A stretch of DNA of 52,880 bases from Candidatus Pacearchaeota archaeon. Lineage in GTDB: Archaea > Nanobdellota > Nanobdellia > Pacearchaeales > GW2011-AR1. The position numbers were made by a program, and so were the translations under genes. Positions 46,773-52,880 of the stretch are shown here, one piece after another. The stretch covers positions 1 through 52,880 of the forward strand of contig JAFCDB010000013.1 of the NCBI GenBank assembly GCA_017609885.1, written 5' to 3'. Below the pieces are notes generated by a model. It had not been told where the DNA came from. It ran no database searches and saw only the letters and a program-made list of their open reading frames with translations. Position 1 is the first letter of the stretch. Every line of letters begins with the position of its first letter.

Positions 46773-48391
46773 CAATCTTAATAATCCAAAAAAAACAATT
46801 TGAAAAAGAAATCGGAAAACTTGATGAAAAAATGCAGGAAAAAATCGCAATGTTCGGAACCCCTGTCGAAGATATAACCCAAAATGAACTCCAAATAGAA
46901 ATATTCCCAAACCGCCCAGATCTATTAAGCTACCAAAACTACAAAAACGCCTTCCTAACTTACTTAGGAAAAAAACCAAATAAAATAAAAATCAACAAAC
47001 CAGAAAGAAATTTTGATGTAATAATAGACCCTTCCCTAAAAAACATACGCCCTTACACAGCATGCGCAATTGTAAGAAACATGAAATTTGACAATGAAAA
47101 AATCAAAGAAATAATTGACATCCAGGAAAAACTCCACATGACTCTAGGAAGAAAAAGAAAAAAAGCAGCAATTGGAATTTATCCTCTTGAAAAAATAAAA
47201 CTGCCAATTACATTTAAAGCTATTGAACCAGAAAAAATAAGATTTCAGCCCTTAGAATTTCCAGTAGAATTAACAGGAAAACAAATCCTATCAAAACACT
47301 CAGCAGGGAGAGAATATGGAAACCTCTTAGAAGGACTAAATAAATACCCTATCTTCATAGACGCAAACAACGAAATCTTAAGCATGCCCCCAATAATCAA
47401 CTCCCACAAAACAGGAAAAATAAGTGAACAAACCAAAGATGTTTTCATAGAATGCTCTGGTTTTAATTTTGAAGTTTTGAAAAAAATTCTAAACATAATA
47501 GTTGCAGTTTTCAATGACATGGGAGGAAAAGTTTATCAAATGAATCTTAAATATAAAACAAAAAAAATAACTCCTGATTTCACATCTCAAAAATTAAAAC
47601 TTTCAGTTGAAAACACAAACAAACTTCTGGGCTTAAACCTAAAAGAATCAAAAATTTCTTCTCTACTTAAAAAAATGGGGCATGAATATAAAAAAGGTTT
47701 TGTAGAGGTCCCAGCAACAAGAACAGATATTCTCCATGAAGTTGATTTAATAGAAGATGTTGCAATTGCCTACGGTTACGACAAATTTATTCCAGAAATT
47801 CCAGAAGTTTCAACAGTTGGAGAAATTGACAAAAAAGAAATTGTCAAATCAAAAATTTCAGATATTCTCTCAGGACTTGGACTATTAGAAACCTCTTCCT
47901 ACCATCTAACAACAAAAGACGCGCAAATTAAAAAAATGCAAAATAAAAAATCAGGATTTGTTGAAGTTAAAAATTCAAAAACAGAATATAAAATTTTAAG
48001 AAAAGATTTAACTCATAATATGTTAAAAATCTTCAGCGAAAATGTTGATGTTTCCTACCCTCAGGAAATTTTTGAAATTGGAACAGTTTTTAAAAACTAC
48101 AATGAAAAACAAAATCTTTCAATTGCTCTTGCTCCAGGAAATTTTACAAGACTAAAACAAATTTTAAATTATTTGGAGGAAATGCTTAAAATAAAATTTG
48201 AAATTTCAAATCCTGAATCTCTTCCAAACCATTTTATCGACGGCAGAGTCGGAGAGATAAAATTTAGTGGCAAAATAATCGGGTATTTTGGGGAAATTCA
48301 TCCAAAAATATTAAAAAATTTCAAAATCAAAATGCCTGTTTCTGTTTTGGAGATTTGTTTAGATGGGGTTTTGGAAAACAGAAAGATTTAA
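46769..48391 (+). CDS. pheT: Phenylalanyl-tRNA synthetase beta subunit
   Basis: PNRPDLLS, QEKLH...GR.R.K.AIG, SMPPIINS, R.DILH.VD.IED.AIAYGY, GEIHP. Confidence 0.96.
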   Translation: MTILIIQKKQFEKEIGKLDEKMQEKIAMFGTPVEDITQNELQIEIFPNRPDLLSYQNYKNAFLTYLGKKPNKIKINKPERNFDVIIDPSLKNIRPYTACAIVRNMKFDNEKIKEIIDIQEKLHMTLGRKRKKAAIGIYPLEKIKLPITFKAIEPEKIRFQPLEFPVELTGKQILSKHSAGREYGNLLEGLNKYPIFIDANNEILSMPPIINSHKTGKISEQTKDVFIECSGFNFEVLKKILNIIVAVFNDMGGKVYQMNLKYKTKKITPDFTSQKLKLSVENTNKLLGLNLKESKISSLLKKMGHEYKKGFVEVPATRTDILHEVDLIEDVAIAYGYDKFIPEIPEVSTVGEIDKKEIVKSKISDILSGLGLLETSSYHLTTKDAQIKKMQNKKSGFVEVKNSKTEYKILRKDLTHNMLKIFSENVDVSYPQEIFEIGTVFKNYNEKQNLSIALAPGNFTRLKQILNYLEEMLKIKFEISNPESLPNHFIDGRVGEIKFSGKIIGYFGEIHPKILKNFKIKMPVSVLEICLDGVLENRKI

Positions 48392-48415
48392 AAAATAATC
48401 TTTTAGTTATTGTTT

Positions 48416-49075
48416 ATGAAACTACTAACACTTGAAGAAATTTCAAGAAAGAATATAACATTATTAGATACTAATATAATTAGTAGCAATCTTCCGGGAA
48501 ATAGAAGACCAATTTCACAAAAGTCTATTTTGGAACTTCAAGAAGGGGTTAATTATTACACAGAATTATTAGATTTATCAAAAAAAGGTCATAATATTTA
48601 TATTACTAATGGAATTTTTAATGAAAGCAGGGCATTTGCCGATTACTTAATAACTAATAGTAGCAAAAATGGGAGCAGAGGAAGAAAAAATGAACTTGGA
48701 AGAAAAAATCAGAGTTTGAGGTCGCAGATATTTAATTTACTTGAAGATAAGGGCAAGATTATTAAATTAAATGAGGGTGAAACTATAGAATATGAGCTAT
48801 TTGATCAAGCATGTCAACAAATTAAAAATCACTACGGATTAAGCAATATTGATTGGGATTTCTTATTGTCAGGTTTAGTTATGTCAAGGAATAGAGGAAA
48901 TGTTTCATTAATTTCAAATGATAATGGAATTGTTGAATCGTGGAGAGCTTTTATTGCTTGTGAGTGTGTAAATCCTTATGTTTTGAATTTTTTTTCGAGA
49001 AAGGAGATACATAGTTTTGTATCAAGAAGTCCAGATCAACGTCGTTTTCAGATATCTGAGAAATCCTATAGTTAA
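48416..49075 (+). CDS. Putative PIN-like domain protein
   Basis: LLDTNII first motif, 'IFNE', 'LS.ID', 'LISND' acidic motifs. Confidence 0.55.
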   Translation: MKLLTLEEISRKNITLLDTNIISSNLPGNRRPISQKSILELQEGVNYYTELLDLSKKGHNIYITNGIFNESRAFADYLITNSSKNGSRGRKNELGRKNQSLRSQIFNLLEDKGKIIKLNEGETIEYELFDQACQQIKNHYGLSNIDWDFLLSGLVMSRNRGNVSLISNDNGIVESWRAFIACECVNPYVLNFFSRKEIHSFVSRSPDQRRFQISEKSYS

Positions 49076-49573
49076 TCACCCAAAATAACTCCGTTGCTTC
49101 TTCCCACTGCTCTTACTCCAGTTAATCTTCAAAACATCCATAACCTTCTTTATCTCAGGCTTCAAATTCTGCCAAACCTTAAATTTCTCCTTAACAAAAT
49201 CCGCTTCCTTCCTCTTATTATAATTAACATCCAATCCAAAAGAATCAATTTCAATCTCCCCCAACTTCCCAAACAACTCCTTTAATATTTCCTTTTCCTC
49301 CCCATTAATTCCCTTAACCAAAAACATATTAAACATCGAACCATTTGTTGGATTAATAAGCAATTCAACAAACTGCATTACAGATGAAAACTTCAAAATC
49401 ATCGCCTTCCTCACATCTCTAAGTAAAGTTAAAGAATCACAGTCAATTTTTGCAATATCAAAATCATCATTTAACTTCTCAAAATCAGGGAGATTATGTT
49501 TTGATTTTAACTTTCCATATTTTTCTCTAATATCAAAAACTTCATCAACACAAAATTTATTTTCTTTTTCCAT
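49076..49573 (-). CDS. Hypothetical protein
   Basis: Start ATG 49573 (MEKENKF); the longer tracked ORF runs through tRNA-Thr; ends SYFG. Confidence 0.75.
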   Translation of the reverse strand: MEKENKFCVDEVFDIREKYGKLKSKHNLPDFEKLNDDFDIAKIDCDSLTLLRDVRKAMILKFSSVMQFVELLINPTNGSMFNMFLVKGINGEEKEILKELFGKLGEIEIDSFGLDVNYNKRKEADFVKEKFKVWQNLKPEIKKVMDVLKINWSKSSGKKQRSYFG

Positions 49574-49611
49574 AATTAATTCGAGGATGAAGAGTTTATA
49601 AGTTTTTGCAA

Positions 49612-49687
49612 AGCCTCGGGCGGGAGTCGAACCAGCGACCTCTTGTTTACAGAACAAGCGCTCTAACCTAAACTGAGCTACCAGGGC
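49612..49687 (-). tRNA. tRNA-Thr(TGT), non-canonical
   Basis: GCCCTGG/CCGAGGC-T, CTTGT-TCTGTAA-ACAAG, GCTGG-TTCGACT-CCCGC; C33, C4:A69 and U51:C63 anomalies. Confidence 0.85.
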
Positions 49688-49719
49688 ATAAATCACTTTA
49701 GAAAAATTAAATTAAAAAA

Positions 49720-49923
49720 TTACCTCTCCTCAGAAACCCAATCCATCTTAACAACCTCGCCAGTAACCTCCCACCCATTTTCCCCAATCTCCCGAACCCA
49801 ACTAAAATATTCCTCTCCCAAAACCCTCCAGTTCTCTCCATTCTTCATCGCAAGCTCCTCATTTGAAATTATCAAAAATGCATTCATCAAAAGAAAAATA
49901 ACAATTATCATTATGGCTTTCAT
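49720..49923 (-). CDS. Small membrane-anchored protein, related to neighbour 49925-50224
   Basis: MKAIMII.. TM; both end Y..W....EN...T...VK.DW. Confidence 0.65.
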   Translation of the reverse strand: MKAIMIIVIFLLMNAFLIISNEELAMKNGENWRVLGEEYFSWVREIGENGWEVTGEVVKMDWVSEER

Positions 49924-49924
49924 T

Positions 49925-50224
49925 TTAAAAGGGATTTTTAACTCCCCAGTCAAGTTTCACTGCGTTTGTTGTCAGGGTTTTCACATTTTCAAATGCATTT
50001 CCCATCCACGTTAAATAAATCTTCCCAGATTCTTCAAGTCCTTCAATTGAAGTTAAATTAACATCGTGCCCTGCAATGCTCACCATAAAAGTCATATACA
50101 GGAAAAAAACACCTGCAAGAATCAAAATCCACGACATTTTATGTTTGATATATCTAAATTTAACAAATAAAAATATAAGCGCAACTAAAACAATTCCAAC
50201 AATTATTAACATTAAAGCAGCCAT
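49925..50224 (-). CDS. Small membrane protein (2 TM)
   Basis: 99 aa; C-terminal Y..W...F.N...T.NAVK.DW. Confidence 0.7.
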   Translation of the reverse strand: MAALMLIIVGIVLVALIFLFVKFRYIKHKMSWILILAGVFFLYMTFMVSIAGHDVNLTSIEGLEESGKIYLTWMGNAFENVKTLTTNAVKLDWGVKNPF

Positions 50225-50604
50225 TTCAACCTCTAATTATAAAAATACTCCAACGTTTAAAAAGTTTTATGTTCTTTGGGGAGTGACAGTCTTGAAAATT
50301 TTTCCTTAATATTTTCATTCAATCAACGAAAACTTAACAGCTCACTTTATTATTGGACATTAAATTAATTTTATCTAATCTTTCTTTTACTTCCCCACCA
50401 ACAAAAATAATATCTCCTGTATTTTTTACATATTTGTAATAAACCCATCGCATAATTCGCTAATTTTATGAACATAAACCTCCTTTTCTTTGAAAAGGAG
50501 GTAAATAGTAATGAACTTACTAAAATCTTTACTGAATAATAGATGGATAAAGAAATTAATAAAGCTTACGCAAAAAGAGGATAAACTCTTCAGTTCAGTA
50601 AATC

Positions 50605-50739
50605 GGCTTTGGTGAAATCATAGGATATATAACATTTTTCTCAATTTAAAATCTACATTGCTAGACAAATCATGTCGAGCAATGCTGGGCGGGCGGGTAG
50701 GGAATTGAGAAAAATGTATTTAATGGTTTCACCAAAGCC
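50605..50739. mobile_element. MITE copy 3 (both TIRs, no TSD)
   Basis: GGCTTTGGTGAAA...TTTCACCAAAGCC; flanks AGTAAATC and GAATATCT differ. Confidence 0.9.
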
Positions 50740-50741
50740 GA

Positions 50742-50972
50742 ATATCTGAAGTATGTGATACTGCTCCATCAAGCAATTTGGATTTCCATATAGCGATTGA
50801 TACTGTTGATAGTGCTTGTAAGGTAGATGTTTCAACTTCTAATGGAGTTGGAGCAAGTGCATCATGTAGTGTCTCTTTTAGTGCTAACGATAATTTAGGA
50901 TGCACTGCTAATTTAATAGATGGTTCAGCTGGGACTAATTGTTGGTGCGGATGGTGGGTTCAATATGATTAG
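50742..50972 (+). pseudogene. C-terminal fragment of a beta-rich surface/virion-like protein truncated at the MITE
   Basis: Frame is open up to the MITE edge (ISEVCDTAPSSNLDFHIAID...WWVQYD*); no ATG. Confidence 0.5.
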
Positions 50973-51014
50973 ATTAACAAAAGGTTTATAAGTAAAAGAT
51001 TATTAAATAATAAC

Positions 51015-52079
51015 ATGAAAACAATAAAAAAAATAGGGTTAAGATTATTATTAAGTTTACTTTCTTCTTATGCACAACAACAAATAGTTCATTTAAAACC
51101 AGAAACATATGAAGGATTTGTTACACAAGAAAACACTACTTATGTTGGGACATTGCCAACAGAAAGAATTGATGAATTAAAAAAAGGATTGATTAGTGGA
51201 GATATAAAAGAAGAGCAAATTTTAGACACAAATCATACTTTAATTAGGGGAAATAATTTTGGGTGGAATTATGAAACAAAATTTGAAAATACACAATTTG
51301 AGGCATTAGATTCTTTAGGATATTTTGATGATGGAAATGATTTTAAAAATTGTGTTTTCTGTAGGAGAAATCCAGATATTACTGTTCATGGAATAGAAAC
51401 AAACGCTTCAACATTAAATATTGAAAATTGTTTTTTTTATGGATTTGACACTGGATTAATGATAAATGATTCTGCTTATGGAGGACATAATTTTCAAAAT
51501 AATATGTTTATGAAACATGATAAAGCAATATGGACACAACAAGGATTAAACATAGGAGATGAAATTGTTAATGGCAATAATATTTTTTATAAAAATAATG
51601 TGAATGTAAAAGCAGATTCAATTACTTCTACTCATCCTCTTAAAATGGAAGGGAATTTATGGTTAAATGTTGATGGAAGACCAATGAGGGAAGAATATGA
51701 AATATTACGGACAATTGGTGTTTATAACACAATGGTATTAAAAACAGACCCAACAAAAGCAGTTTCAATGAGTGATTTTGTAGATGTAGTCCCATTTCAA
51801 ACATCTTCTCCATATCTCCCAGAACAAGACCCTATTTCAGACCAAGATGGAGATGGACTATCTGATGAATATGAAGGAACAGGAGACCCAGATGAAGATG
51901 GAATCCCAAACTATTTAGATTTAGATAGTGATAATGATGGAGCACCTGATTATTTAGACCCTTATCCTTATGATATAAGTTATCCTGATAAACTTCCTGC
52001 TACAAGTTATGGAGGATTAGCATTACTTACAACAAGTTTAGCTTTACTTCCAATTATTAAAAGAAAACGGAGAAAATGA
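51015..52079 (+). CDS. Surface protein: beta-helix-like region, Ca-binding DxDxDG repeats, C-terminal sorting signal
   Basis: [24 protein letters not shown]; ends [16 protein letters not shown]. Confidence 0.75.
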   Translation: MKTIKKIGLRLLLSLLSSYAQQQIVHLKPETYEGFVTQENTTYVGTLPTERIDELKKGLISGDIKEEQILDTNHTLIRGNNFGWNYETKFENTQFEALDSLGYFDDGNDFKNCVFCRRNPDITVHGIETNASTLNIENCFFYGFDTGLMINDSAYGGHNFQNNMFMKHDKAIWTQQGLNIGDEIVNGNNIFYKNNVNVKADSITSTHPLKMEGNLWLNVDGRPMREEYEILRTIGVYNTMVLKTDPTKAVSMSDFVDVVPFQTSSPYLPEQDPISDQDGDGLSDEYEGTGDPDEDGIPNYLDLDSDNDGAPDYLDPYPYDISYPDKLPATSYGGLALLTTSLALLPIIKRKRRK

Positions 52080-52438
52080 GATATATAATTCCTTTGTTTT
52101 TACTTTTATTCTTAATTGTAAATGTCTCAGCAGATATAATTTCTATTAATGCTGGGGGAAGTGATGAAGCGATAATTACAGATAAATATATTTATGGATT
52201 TTATTTTGGAGATGTTGAAGAAGTAGAAGAGCAACCAGGTGAGGGTAGAGGAATAATTCCAGGGATTATTGAAGAAATTCCTGAATTAATTAAAAAACCA
52301 ATAGTTATAATTTCTTTTTTACTTCTTTTATTAATGGTTTTAATTATGATGGCAATTATAAATAGAGAAAAAATTAGAATATATTATTTAGGGATGAGGA
52401 AGAAAGAAGAACCAGATTTGGAAGTTCTTTTGAAATAG
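52076..52438 (+). CDS. Small secreted protein with C-terminal TM
   Basis: Signal peptide (NVSA|D), acidic linker, TM helix. Confidence 0.65.
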   Translation: MRYIIPLFLLLFLIVNVSADIISINAGGSDEAIITDKYIYGFYFGDVEEVEEQPGEGRGIIPGIIEEIPELIKKPIVIISFLLLLLMVLIMMAIINREKIRIYYLGMRKKEEPDLEVLLK

Positions 52439-52645
52439 AAAATTAAGTGAAACACACCCACCTAAAATGTTTTTAATTTTCTGAAGAAAATTGTAACTAA
52501 GTTAGAAAAAATTGAGAGAAAAGGAGAGTAATGTATGATAAAAATGAATTAATAAAAAATTATTTTAACTTTAAGTATGGGTATTAATTTTGGGTTTTTC
52601 ACTTCAAAAAACTTTATAAAACCTCGCAGTGTTCAAATAATATCC

Positions 52646-52718
52646 AGCCCTGTAGTACAGTGGTCAAGTATCTTCGGTTCTGGGCCGAAGGACCCAGGTT
52701 CGAATCCTGGCAGGGCTA
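52646..52718 (+). tRNA. tRNA-Gln(CTG)
   Basis: Archaeal A1:U72 AGCCCTG/CAGGGCT, TTCGG-TT-CTG-GG-CCGAA, CCAGG-TTCGAAT-CCTGG. Confidence 0.95.
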
Positions 52719-52789
52719 GATACTGTCTACTTAAAGGGATAGATATATAAATTGTATTTATTTCCTTTCTGTAAAGGAGGTGAAATAAT

Positions 52790-52880
52790 ATGAAATGTCC
52801 AAAATGCAAAAGTAAAAATATTTCAAAAAGAGGAAAAAGATACAACAAATCTGGAGAAAAACAACTTTATCTTTGCAACA
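52790..52880 (+). mobile_element. 5' end of a probable transposase (InsA-like zinc ribbon), runs off window
   Basis: MKCPKCKSKNISKRGKRYNKSGEKQLYLCN..; SD AGGAGGTGA; starts about 70 nt after tRNA-Gln. Confidence 0.65.

Noticed and set aside
10894-47520. Numerous short antisense or alternate-frame ORFs in the track (e.g. 10894, 11953, 26492, 33763, 38520, 44743)
   Set aside because: Shadows of well-supported genes on the other strand or frame; no motifs.
49635-49660. Reading tRNA-Thr as Tyr(GTA)
   Set aside because: The shifted stem does not pair, and G1:C72 with U73 fits Thr, not archaeal Tyr (C1:G72).
50740-52640. Integrated provirus between tRNA-Thr and tRNA-Gln
   Set aside because: No integrase, capsid or att duplication, and neither tRNA 3' end faces the patch; kept only as a possibly foreign fragment.

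Overview
AT-rich archaeal chromosomal segment, most consistent with Pacearchaeota (DPANN): it encodes a pacearchaeosortase-like protein, a fused PriS-PriL primase, form III RuBisCO, RpoP, L37ae, aIF-2beta and PCNA. Housekeeping genes (rpl37ae-rpoP-pfdB, sepF, hisS, pcn, primase, split dph2, map, cysS, rbcL, pheS/pheT) and five tRNA genes are mixed with a large cell-surface region (about 4-38 kb). That region holds S-layer-type genes, a sortase, six class III signal-peptide (pilin-like) genes and a duplicated module of a pilin-like gene plus a giant Cys-rich protein with a Gly-rich hydrophobic core. One module copy is a single ~1230-aa protein; the other is two genes with an MNT-HEPN pair between them. 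Other notable signals: a tRNA with a GAU anticodon on a Ser/Thr-like body; a (TC)10 tract that puts a surface-protein signal peptide out of frame; a MITE (13-bp TIR, 8-bp TSD) in three copies carrying a nested hairpin unit; an older modular intergenic repeat family; a structured RNA before a truncated NYN nuclease; and palindromic operator pairs and arrays. All family assignments come from motif recognition by eye; no searches were run.
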